DNA from: Lysobacterales bacterium
GTDB taxonomy: Bacteria > Pseudomonadota > Gammaproteobacteria > Xanthomonadales > SZUA-5
Length of the DNA: 35,131 bases
Direction of reading: 5' to 3'
NCBI GenBank assembly: GCA_020442775.1
Contig: JAGRJL010000341.1
Coordinates: 1 to 35,131, forward strand
This document shows positions 1 to 10,566 of this stretch, in pieces. The notes beneath the pieces were generated by a model that did no database searches, had not been told where the DNA came from, and saw nothing but the letters and a program-made list of their open reading frames with translations. The translations under genes were made by a program, and so were the position numbers. The stretch's first letter is position 1, and every line of letters starts with the position of its first letter.

Positions 1-748
1 TGCTGTAGGGCTCGATGGTCAGCAGTTGGCTGGCGTGGTGCTGGTAGCTGGCCAGGTGGGTGGCGTAGGCCTTGGCCGAGGAGTCCGAATACAGCGCGGG
101 CAGCTCGGTGCGGCCGTGGAAGGCACCCTTGACCGCGATCCGCTTGACCTTCTTGCCCGCATGGCGGCCGCCGGGGTCGGTGTGCAGCTTGGTATTCACG
201 TCGGCGATGCGGCCGGCCAGGCTGACCGATTCGGAGCCGGAGTTCAGACACAGGAAGTGGGAGTAGGGGCAGCCGCCGACGGTGCGACCGATCTCGGCCC
301 GCAGCGCGCGCTCCAGCTTCAGCTGGCTGACGTTGGGGGTCATCACGTTGGCCATCACGTGGGGACGGCTCATCGCTTCGATGACCGCATCCGGGCCGTG
401 GCCCATGCCCAGCATGCCGTAACCGCCGTGATCCTGGATCACCGCACCCTTCAGGGTCACGATCCAGGAGCCGCGCGCGGCCAGCGAGACATAGGGATTG
501 ACCGAGTCGTCCGTGTAGAAATTGACGAAGCCAGCCTGAATCCGGGCCAGCTGATCGGCTTCGCTCAGCGCCATCAGTTCGGGCTCTTCGGCACACAGCT
601 GTTCGAAAGCGGCGTGGGCCTCGGCTACTGCGCGAGACAGGTTCGGATCGATCGCTGCGAACCGCTCCAGCTGAGCCTGGTTGAGACCGACGGTGAGCGC
701 CGGACCGCCGTGCTCGCGCATGGCCTTGAGTTGTTCAAACATTTGCAT
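1..748 (-). CDS. Class-III PLP-dependent aminotransferase, N-terminal 249 codons (gene continues beyond the left window edge)
   Basis: Missing from the ORF track because it runs off the edge. The reverse complement reads stop-free from ATG at 748-746: MQMFEQLKAMREHGGPALTVGLNQAQLERFAAIDPN...GSWIVTLKGAVIQDHGGYGMLGMGHGPDAVIEAMSRPHVMANVMTPN...GGCPYSHFLCLNSGSESVSLAGRIADV...IAVKGAFHGRTEL. GGAGG Shine-Dalgarno at 757-761 (minus strand), 8 nt upstream. The GGYG..LGH, LNSGSE.A and FHGRT motifs are typical of class-III aminotransferases. The + strand ORF 26..841 is its antisense shadow. Confidence 0.7.
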   Translation of the reverse strand, partial: MQMFEQLKAMREHGGPALTVGLNQAQLERFAAIDPNLSRAVAEAHAAFEQLCAEEPELMALSEADQLARIQAGFVNFYTDDSVNPYVSLAARGSWIVTLKGAVIQDHGGYGMLGMGHGPDAVIEAMSRPHVMANVMTPNVSQLKLERALRAEIGRTVGGCPYSHFLCLNSGSESVSLAGRIADVNTKLHTDPGGRHAGKKVKRIAVKGAFHGRTELPALYSDSSAKAYATHLASYQHHASQLLTIEPYS

Positions 749-794
749 AGGGGTGACCTCCGTCGCGGCGCACGTCGGCGCCGTTCGTCGCAAA

Positions 795-894
795 AAATCG
801 GGATTGGCCCATATTATCACGCGTCCCGGGTCGGCGTCTGACCTCAATCTGACCTCAAATCGGGTCGTTCTTGCTACTGTTGCGCCCCCGATTT
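795..894. promoter_or_regulatory. Repeated motifs in the aminotransferase/queA divergent intergenic region
   Basis: The octamer AAATCGGG occurs at 795-802 and 857-864 and inverted (CCCGATTT) at 887-894. CTGACCTCAA occurs at 838-847 and again at 849-858, an 11-bp period. All lie within about 100 bp upstream of the queA start. Confidence 0.25.
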
Positions 895-907
895 TCCAGG
901 AGCTGTC

Positions 908-3087
<2,180 letters not shown>

Positions 3088-3121
3088 CTCCAAAACCCCA
3101 AGGGGCGCCGGCTGCGCCGGA

Positions 3122-5467
3122 TCAGCGAACCGAAAAATCCAGGCGCCGGCTGCGTCCGTCATCGGCAATCGCCAACAGCCGGTGGCGGGCCACCCCCTGC
3201 AGCCTGAGCGCGAGACTCGCGCTGCCTCGGGTTTCTCCGATCACCTTGTTATCGAGCAGCCAGTAGATCGGTCCGTCGCTGCCCAGCGCACTGAGCTCCA
3301 GGCTGATCGGCTGGCCCGGCCCGCTGGCTGCCCGCAGCACGGAGCCGTCATTCAGCCCGCGGATCAACAGCTGCGCAGGCGCCAGCTGATCTGGCTCGCA
3401 GCCATCGGCCAGCGCCGGCAGGGTGGAGGCGCGCCGCTGCGCTGCGCTGAGCCAGGGCTCGGCGCGCAGGGGCCATCTGGCCAGCACGCGGCGCTCGGCG
3501 CGCGGGTTCATGCAGCTCTGGTTGAGGCGGCGCTGACGCTCGGGGTCGAACCAGTACTCAACCCGGGCCGCCTGCCAGCGATCCACATCCAGATCCGGCA
3601 GGGTTGGCGGCAGCTGTTGATCCAGCAGCCAGGCCTGGTGGCGCTGCTGACACAGCTGCGGCTGCTCCGGGTCGGGCGCCAGCCCCAGCGGCCAGCACAC
3701 CTCGGCCTCACTGACGCTGTCGGGCTGGGTTACCGACTGCGCAACCGGCGGCAGGCTTTGCAGCACCTGGGCCAGCAGCGGCAGCGCGGTCACCGCGCCA
3801 TATTCACCCGGCATCGGGGTGCCGTCCGGGCGCCCGATCCAGACCCCGATCACCAGGCCGCCGGAGATGCCGATCGCCCAGGTGTCGCGATAGCCGAAGC
3901 TGGTGCCGGTCTTCCAGGCCAGCCGGGTGCTGCGGCCGGGCAGGAACAACGCACCGCTGCCGGCGCTGAAGGGATCGCGCTCGAGGATCTGCCGGATGAT
4001 CCAGGCGCTGCCCGGATAGAGCAACCGGCGTTCCTGTAGCGGCTGATCCGGCCCCAGTCGAGGACGCGCGCTGAGGCCATTGGCAGCCAGCGCGCGATAG
4101 GCGCCCACCAGTTCTTCAAGATTGGTCGCCGCGCCGCCGAGGATGATGCTCAGATTGGGTTCCGCGCCCGGCGGCAGCCGCAGCGTCAGTCCGGCATGGG
4201 CCAGCTTCGCGGCGAAGGCCGCCGGGCCGACTCGTTCGAGCAGATCCACCGCGGGCACATTCAGCGACAGCCGCAGCGCGTCGGCGGCACCTACCGGGCC
4301 CTGAAAACTGCCGCCAAAGTTGCTGGGGCGGTAGCCGCGCAGACTCCGCGGGGCGTCGACCAGCAGGCTTTCGCTGTGAATCAGGCCGCGCTCCAGCGCC
4401 AGTCCATAAAGAAAGGGCTTGAGCGTGGATCCCGGCGAGCGTGGCGCGATGACCATGTCCACATGGCCCAGACGCTGGGGGTCGGCGAAGCGCGCACTGC
4501 CCACGTAGACCCGGGTCAGCGCGCTCTCGGCTTCCAGCACCAGCACCGCTGCCGAGCTGCGCAGCGGCAGGCGGTCCATGTAGGCCGCGACCCGTTCCTC
4601 CACCGTGCGCTGCCATTCCAGTTCGATACTGCTCACCACCCGCTGCCGATCACTTTGGCCGGCCAGGCGGCGGGCCAGCAGCGGGGCGAACTGTGGGCTG
4701 GTCAGTCGCTGCGCCACTACCTGTTCGATCTGCGCCTGCTCCACTTCCGCCGCGCTCCAGACCGCGAGGCTGGCCATCCGCGCCAGGACCTTGTCGCGGG
4801 CAGCCTGGGCGCGCTGCGGGTGGCGGTCCGGGCGCAACCGGGAGGGCGCCTGTGGCAGCACTACCAGCAGCGCCGCCTCGGCCCGGCTGAGATCCGCAGC
4901 GGATTTGCCCAGGTAACTGCGCGCCGCCGCCTCCACCCCTTCGATGGGGCCACCAAAGGGGGCGTGGGCCAGATAGAGTTCCAGGATCTCGCGCTTGCTC
5001 AAGCGTGCTTCGATCTGCAGCGCGCGAACCATCTGCAGCAGCTTGCCGGCGTAGCTGTGCGGCAGATCTTCCACCAGTCGCGCGACCTGCATGGTCAGGG
5101 TGGACCCGCCGGAGACGATTTCGCCTTGGATCACCGCCTGTCCCAGCGCCCGGATCAGCGCCAGCGGATCGACCCCGGGGTGCAGGTAAAAGCGCCTGTC
5201 CTCATAGTTCAGCAGCGCCTGCAGGTAGTAGGGCGAGACTTCCTCGACCGCCACTGGCGTGCGCCAGACACCACGCTGATCGGCAAATGCGCGCAAGGTG
5301 CGGCCCTGGCCATCGACCACCACCTGAGCCGCGCGCTGTCTGGCAAAGGCCTCCAGCGGGGGCGGGAACAGGCGATCCAGGGCAAGCACCAGCACCAGCA
5401 GTGCCAGCGCTGCCCCCAGCCGGCGCCACCAGCGGCGCAACTTGCTGGCGCCGTGAGTTCCTTTCAT
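3122..5467 (-). CDS. pbpC: Penicillin-binding protein 1C (bifunctional glycosyltransferase/transpeptidase family)
   Basis: N-terminal membrane anchor (LGAALALLVLVLAL). GT51 glycosyltransferase motifs (YEDRRFYLHPGVDPLALIRA, GGSTLTMQVARL). Transpeptidase SxxK (SPGSTLKPF) and a KTGTS motif. About 780 aa, as expected for PBP1C. ATG at 5467 chosen; an in-frame TTG at 5476 is the track start. Lies 8-17 nt downstream of the alpha-2-macroglobulin gene on the same strand. Confidence 0.9.
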   Translation of the reverse strand: MKGTHGASKLRRWWRRLGAALALLVLVLALDRLFPPPLEAFARQRAAQVVVDGQGRTLRAFADQRGVWRTPVAVEEVSPYYLQALLNYEDRRFYLHPGVDPLALIRALGQAVIQGEIVSGGSTLTMQVARLVEDLPHSYAGKLLQMVRALQIEARLSKREILELYLAHAPFGGPIEGVEAAARSYLGKSAADLSRAEAALLVVLPQAPSRLRPDRHPQRAQAARDKVLARMASLAVWSAAEVEQAQIEQVVAQRLTSPQFAPLLARRLAGQSDRQRVVSSIELEWQRTVEERVAAYMDRLPLRSSAAVLVLEAESALTRVYVGSARFADPQRLGHVDMVIAPRSPGSTLKPFLYGLALERGLIHSESLLVDAPRSLRGYRPSNFGGSFQGPVGAADALRLSLNVPAVDLLERVGPAAFAAKLAHAGLTLRLPPGAEPNLSIILGGAATNLEELVGAYRALAANGLSARPRLGPDQPLQERRLLYPGSAWIIRQILERDPFSAGSGALFLPGRSTRLAWKTGTSFGYRDTWAIGISGGLVIGVWIGRPDGTPMPGEYGAVTALPLLAQVLQSLPPVAQSVTQPDSVSEAEVCWPLGLAPDPEQPQLCQQRHQAWLLDQQLPPTLPDLDVDRWQAARVEYWFDPERQRRLNQSCMNPRAERRVLARWPLRAEPWLSAAQRRASTLPALADGCEPDQLAPAQLLIRGLNDGSVLRAASGPGQPISLELSALGSDGPIYWLLDNKVIGETRGSASLALRLQGVARHRLLAIADDGRSRRLDFSVR

Positions 5468-5484
5468 TGACGGCAAGCGGCGAT

Positions 5485-8400
5485 CTATTGCACCGATTCA
5501 ACCGTGATGCTGGTCAGCGGTGACTTGCCGATTGCGCGGATCTGCGGCCGGTACATGTCCTCCGCCTGCGGTGGCGGCACCAGAAACTCGCCCGGTGACA
5601 CTGCGCGCACCAGATAAACCAGCTCCACGCTGTTGCCGTTGTTCAGGTTGAGCGCCGCCACATAGCGGTCGTCGCGGAACTCCTCGAACTGCACCGGCCG
5701 GTAGCTGAGCCGGTCGGAGATGGATTCCCCGGCGATCACCAGCTCGCTCTGCTGGGTGCTGTCCATCAAGCCAGGGTTTTCCAGTTCCAGGCCCCCTGGC
5801 AGCAGATCTACCACGATCGCATCCGGAACGTCGCTCTGCGCCCGAACGCTCAGCAACACCGCCAGTCCATCGCCCTCGCGCAAACGCCCGCCGCTCCACG
5901 GCTTGCCCTTGAGGTCGAAATAGCTGCGGCTGATGCTGAGTCCCTCAATCACTTCCTCAGGGGCACGGGTCGCGGTTCCCACGCGCTCGTCGACCACGTA
6001 CATCTGGGCGTCGGATTCTGGTGCGAAGCGCACCCCGGCGCGCAGCTGGGCCGCGCTCAGATCGCGACTGACCGCATCCTTCTCGACCAGATGCAGATCC
6101 AGATCAGCGCCGCTGATGCGCACGTCGAAATGCTTGGCCTGATCAGCAGAACCAGCCACCGCCAGTTTGATCAACGCGACCTGATCGTGGGTCGACAACC
6201 AGCGCTGGGCGTGAGAATCACGGGCCACGCTGAGCAGCTTGTCGTTGTGGCGCGACGGCAGTTGGCCGGCGGCAAGGGTCAGTGCCAGCTGTTCAGCCTG
6301 CTGGCCAACCGGCAGGCCGTAGCCATAGACCCCGTTGGCGGCAGCCGGCCACAGTTTGCCATCGAAACTGCGCGCGATTGCCGCGCGACCGTTGGACTCG
6401 TCGCCGGCACGGATCAGGGCCAGACCCAGTCGGGTCAGCGGCAAACCGCCCAGCGCCTTGTCGCCTTGCTTCTCGTAGATATTGCGCAGCGTGCCCAGCG
6501 GCGCCTGATCCACTCGGGCCAGCACCAGCGCGGCATGCCCGTTGAAGGCCAGTCGGGCGTGATTGGCCCGGTCTCCGTAGTAGCGCGACCAGGCCACCGC
6601 GCCGCCGGAAAGCAGCTCGGCCTTGAGCTTCTCCAGCGACTTCTGCAGCAGTTCGGGCGGCACGTTGAAACCGGCGTCCCGGGCGTCGAGCAGGAACTCG
6701 GTGACGTAGGGAGTGATTAGCGGGTCGTAGTAGTCACCGCTGGACCAGAACGCGAAGTGGCCAGAGGCCAGCTGCAGCGAACCGATCCGGTCGATTGCGT
6801 ACTGGACGTTGCGCTGGCGCTTCTGCGCGCTGATTTCCGGCAGACCCAGCCGTTCGACCACCTCGGGAGAGGCGAGCAAATAAGCATAGGCCTTGGAGGT
6901 GGTCTGCTCGACGCAGCCGTAGGTGTATTCCTGCAGATACTTGATCGCTGACAGGGCCGGCACCGGCAGACGCGGGGTCATGGTGATTCGGGCGTTGACG
7001 CTGTCGGCGAACCAGTTCGCCGGTACCCCGGACGCGCGATAGGCCTCGCCCACCGGCAATACTTCGAAGCGGCTTTCACGATCGTTGGGCCAGCCCGGCC
7101 GAACCACCAGTTCGAATTCGTGCTCGACCTGCTCGCCACCGCCACTGGCGCTGACGATCACGCGGCCCACACCGACTCCGGCGGTGGCACGCAGCGGGAA
7201 GGACAGGGTTTCCCGACGGTCTTTGGCGACTTCCACGGCCGCACTCTCGCGCTCGACCGAGAGCGGGCCCTCGGTGCGCACGCTCAGAGCGAAGCGCTGG
7301 TCGCTGCCGGTGCCGTTGTCGACGTCAACGGTGAGACGGGCGCTGTCACCCGGCGCCATCACTCGCGGCGAACTGGCCTCGACCGTGATCGGCGCGCGCA
7401 CCTTGGTTTCGCTGGCGGCGGCACCGTAGTGGTCGCCGCTGTAGACCAGCGCCGACACGCGCAGCGCACCGTTGAAGTCGGGTACCGCCAACTGAACGGT
7501 GGCACGGCCCTGGGCGTCCAGCGCCACCGGCTCGCTGGCCAGATCCACGGTCAGCACCTTGGCCGTCGGTCGGCGGGCTTGGGGCAGGCTGGTGATCAAG
7601 GCGGCATCACCGCCGTAGCGCAGACGCGCGCGCTGGCCGGCCAGGGCTTCAATCACCCGACCGTAGAGGTCGATTGCTTCGACCCCGTAGCGGCGCTTGG
7701 CGAAGAGCGCGGCGAAGGCATCCGGTAGCGCGAAGCGGGTGATGTTGAGAATCCCCTGATCGACCGCGACCACCCGCACCCAGGCCTGCTGTCCAGCCAG
7801 AGCGGGCGCGTTGACCTGCACCTCCAGCGGCATGCCTGGCTGCATTTGGGTAGGCGCAGTCAATTCCACTTCCACCGCACGGTCAGCGCGATCAAAGGGC
7901 AGGTGGACGATGCCCACCGCGCGCTTGGGGGTGATTCGCTCTACCGCCGATCCCGGTCGGAAGACCAGCGCAGTCATGTAGACGTCGTGGCGCTCCCATT
8001 CAGCAGGAATGGTCAGCGTGTGCTCGGTGGGGCCGTTGACCTGAAGCTGCTCCATCGCCAGCAGATGATCGGATTCCACCAGCAGCAGCGCGGGTCCATC
8101 GTGAGGCGAGGTGATGGTGAGCTTGACCTGATCGCCGGCTCGGTAGCGGGTCTGGTCCAGCGCCAGCTTGACCTTGTCCGGTCGCGCATCCAACCCCTGG
8201 TTGGGATCATCGAAACCCCAGCCTGCGACGAAGGCGTAGCGGGTCAGAGCGCCGCTCTCCGGGTCGCTCATCTCGACCCGGTAGTTGCCCCAGTCGAGGT
8301 CAAAGGCGACCTCAATCGCAGCCTCGCCGCCAATCTCCAGCTGGCGCCGCTCCTGCTCGACGAAGCGTTGGGTGAAGTCGGCCTGCCAGCCCAGATCGTC

Positions 8401-10332
8401 GTCGTAGCGCCAGTGGTAGTCGCGCTCCTCGCGAATCAGACGCACTTCGGTGGACACCGGCGGCAAGGTCTTGCCTTCGCTGTTCAATCGGCGCAGGTCG
8501 AACACCGCCCGGCGGTCGGCGCGCTGCTCCTCAAAACGCGGATGCAGCGCCAGCCAGCGATCATTGGGCCAGAGCACCCGGCTGAGCGCCCGCGAGACCG
8601 CGCGACCGCCGGTTTCGAACACCCGACCGACCACGCGCACGTCCACAGGTGCGCTGAGCCCTTCGGCGGGAACCTCCAGATCAGCGCTGGCGGTACCGTC
8701 CTGGCCGAGGCGGATATCCAGCAACTCGTTGATCTCGCCCTTGGGCCCTTCGATCAGGTCGCCGGCAAGGAATCCAGGCGCGTCGGCAAAGGGCGAACGG
8801 GCCGCGGCCAGCTGCACGCTGGCGGTGAAGCGATTGCCGGCGGCGGGTGCGCCATAGAGATAGTCCGCTTCGATCTGCAGCGGCAATGTCTGACCCGGAG
8901 TCAGTCTGGCTGCGTCGCTGTCGAGCACCAGCTTCAGTCGCTCTGGCAAAAACTCCTCGACCCGGAACGGGTAGCGGTGAGCCTTGGCGTTGCCGTCTGG
9001 GGTCAGCGACAGCTCCAGGCTCCAGCGCCCGGTCGGCACATCGGCCGACACCGCTCGCTGCCACTCATAGCTGCCGGAGGGGTCGGGCTTGAGCTGCTGG
9101 CGGGCATGGGCGCGACCATCGGGCTGGCGCAGGGTGGCGTACAGCGGTGGCGCGGCACTCAGCGCCCGCCCGTCGTAGTCACGGGCAAGGGCAAAAAAGC
9201 GCAGACTCTCACCAGGTCGGTACAGATCCCGGCTGGACCAGATGAACACGCTGAGATCGTCGGCCGGCGGGCCATCGACATCGAACTCCGACAGGTCCAG
9301 CGCCGGCTGCCCGAAATAGAGTACCGAGGCATCACTGCCGCTGCGGGCGACCAACACATGGTCGCGCTTGTGCTGATAGCTGAGGTTGGCGACCCCCTGG
9401 CCGTTGGTCCGCGCCTCCACAATCGTTCTGCCCTGACGGTCAATGATCGCCAGATTGACGTCGGAAAGCGGCTTTCCGGAGGCCAGTGAAGCGCTGTGAA
9501 CCAGTAACTGGTCACGATACTGGCGGGTGTGCAGGCCGATGTCAGAGCGGAAGTAGTGAGTGGTCTGGTATTCGCCCTCGAAACTGCCGCTGGCCTTCAT
9601 CACCGCAAAATAGACGCCGGGTCGTTCCAGCTCGCTCAGTTCGTGGACCGGCAGGTGATGCACGCCGCGCTGGTTGCGATCTTCGCTCAGGCTGAAGCGA
9701 TTCATGTAGACCGGATCGGCCAGTTCGCGAATCTCGCGCAGGTCCCATTCCCAGCGCCGTCCCTGACGGGAATATTCAGCGAAGAAGCGATTGAGCCGGT
9801 CGTCACGCACCCGGAAAAACTCGACGTCGACTTCGGCCACATTGACCGCCAACACCGGTAGTCCGTCAGTGCCGCGTGCGGGAAGCACACTGCCTTCGCT
9901 GGCAAAGCCCACCGCCGGCGGGATGCTCACCGCCTCGATCTCGCGATCAATGCGCTGATCGAGGGTCTCGCCATCGGTGGCGACCAGGCCGGGCTCCAGG
10001 ACTACGCTGTAGCGCTGCTCGGCGGTTACGTAAGGAAAGCGCAGGACGGTGCCGTCGTTGTCCAGCACCCAGGAGCCGTCGACTTCCTTGCCGTCGCCGT
10101 CACGCACCGACAGCAACTTGTCGAAATTCTGCGCCTGCGCCAGTGAACGGTTGAAGCGCAGGGTTAGTGAGGGACGGTCCTGGCGTCCTTCGCCATCGGC
10201 GGCGACCAGCGCGAAGTCATCGCTGACGACCGGAGTTTCCGGAACCACCGGCGGCGGCGTATCGGAACTTTCACATCCGCCAAGTAGAAACGCAAAGGCG
10301 CAAGAGAGGAAAAAGATTCGCAATCCGGTCAT
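5485..10332 (-). CDS. yfhM: Bacterial alpha-2-macroglobulin family lipoprotein (thioester-containing protease trap)
   Basis: 1615 aa from ATG 10332: MTGLRIFFLSCAFAFLLGGC, a lipobox with Cys. The thioester motif CVEQ is encoded at 6904-6915 (minus strand) within YGCVEQTTS. The size and the pbpC partner match the known YfhM-PbpC pairing. The track start at 10599 adds 89 implausible codons that cross the divergent promoter region. Confidence 0.9.
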   Translation of the reverse strand: MTGLRIFFLSCAFAFLLGGCESSDTPPPVVPETPVVSDDFALVAADGEGRQDRPSLTLRFNRSLAQAQNFDKLLSVRDGDGKEVDGSWVLDNDGTVLRFPYVTAEQRYSVVLEPGLVATDGETLDQRIDREIEAVSIPPAVGFASEGSVLPARGTDGLPVLAVNVAEVDVEFFRVRDDRLNRFFAEYSRQGRRWEWDLREIRELADPVYMNRFSLSEDRNQRGVHHLPVHELSELERPGVYFAVMKASGSFEGEYQTTHYFRSDIGLHTRQYRDQLLVHSASLASGKPLSDVNLAIIDRQGRTIVEARTNGQGVANLSYQHKRDHVLVARSGSDASVLYFGQPALDLSEFDVDGPPADDLSVFIWSSRDLYRPGESLRFFALARDYDGRALSAAPPLYATLRQPDGRAHARQQLKPDPSGSYEWQRAVSADVPTGRWSLELSLTPDGNAKAHRYPFRVEEFLPERLKLVLDSDAARLTPGQTLPLQIEADYLYGAPAAGNRFTASVQLAAARSPFADAPGFLAGDLIEGPKGEINELLDIRLGQDGTASADLEVPAEGLSAPVDVRVVGRVFETGGRAVSRALSRVLWPNDRWLALHPRFEEQRADRRAVFDLRRLNSEGKTLPPVSTEVRLIREERDYHWRYDDDLGWQADFTQRFVEQERRQLEIGGEAAIEVAFDLDWGNYRVEMSDPESGALTRYAFVAGWGFDDPNQGLDARPDKVKLALDQTRYRAGDQVKLTITSPHDGPALLLVESDHLLAMEQLQVNGPTEHTLTIPAEWERHDVYMTALVFRPGSAVERITPKRAVGIVHLPFDRADRAVEVELTAPTQMQPGMPLEVQVNAPALAGQQAWVRVVAVDQGILNITRFALPDAFAALFAKRRYGVEAIDLYGRVIEALAGQRARLRYGGDAALITSLPQARRPTAKVLTVDLASEPVALDAQGRATVQLAVPDFNGALRVSALVYSGDHYGAAASETKVRAPITVEASSPRVMAPGDSARLTVDVDNGTGSDQRFALSVRTEGPLSVERESAAVEVAKDRRETLSFPLRATAGVGVGRVIVSASGGGEQVEHEFELVVRPGWPNDRESRFEVLPVGEAYRASGVPANWFADSVNARITMTPRLPVPALSAIKYLQEYTYGCVEQTTSKAYAYLLASPEVVERLGLPEISAQKRQRNVQYAIDRIGSLQLASGHFAFWSSGDYYDPLITPYVTEFLLDARDAGFNVPPELLQKSLEKLKAELLSGGAVAWSRYYGDRANHARLAFNGHAALVLARVDQAPLGTLRNIYEKQGDKALGGLPLTRLGLALIRAGDESNGRAAIARSFDGKLWPAAANGVYGYGLPVGQQAEQLALTLAAGQLPSRHNDKLLSVARDSHAQRWLSTHDQVALIKLAVAGSADQAKHFDVRISGADLDLHLVEKDAVSRDLSAAQLRAGVRFAPESDAQMYVVDERVGTATRAPEEVIEGLSISRSYFDLKGKPWSGGRLREGDGLAVLLSVRAQSDVPDAIVVDLLPGGLELENPGLMDSTQQSELVIAGESISDRLSYRPVQFEEFRDDRYVAALNLNNGNSVELVYLVRAVSPGEFLVPPPQAEDMYRPQIRAIGKSPLTSITVESVQ

Positions 10333-10566
10333 CGGGGCGCTCAATAGTGAGAATGCTGTCGCTGATTCTAGCGCCCGGTGTCCCCGATCCGGGGTCGAGT
10401 CCGTGTATCGGTCATGAAAAGAACAGCTTTTCCCGCGAATGCGAATGAATACCAGGGGTGCGGCAGCGCTACGCGGCTTGCAGTTACTGACAATCGGCGT
10501 GAAACTTTCGCTGTAAGGCCTTTTTGGCGTTGCGCTTTCTTCTTTTTTATGTCGCGGGAGCGATTC

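Noticed and set aside
26-841. 271-aa + strand ORF at the left edge
   Set aside because: Gly/Ala/Arg/Val-rich composition typical of an antisense frame in high-G+C DNA. The opposite strand encodes a motif-bearing class-III aminotransferase with a proper RBS.
4196-5470. 424-aa + strand ORF. The same verdict applies to 3023..4039, 4116..4616 and 5005..5523.
   Set aside because: Antisense or alternative frames of pbpC. Arg/Gln/Ala/Pro-rich low-complexity translation with no recognisable motifs.
7846-9489. 547-aa + strand ORF. The same verdict applies to 6091..6720 and 7120..7728.
   Set aside because: Antisense to the alpha-2-macroglobulin gene. This is the open antisense frame typical of G+C-rich coding DNA.
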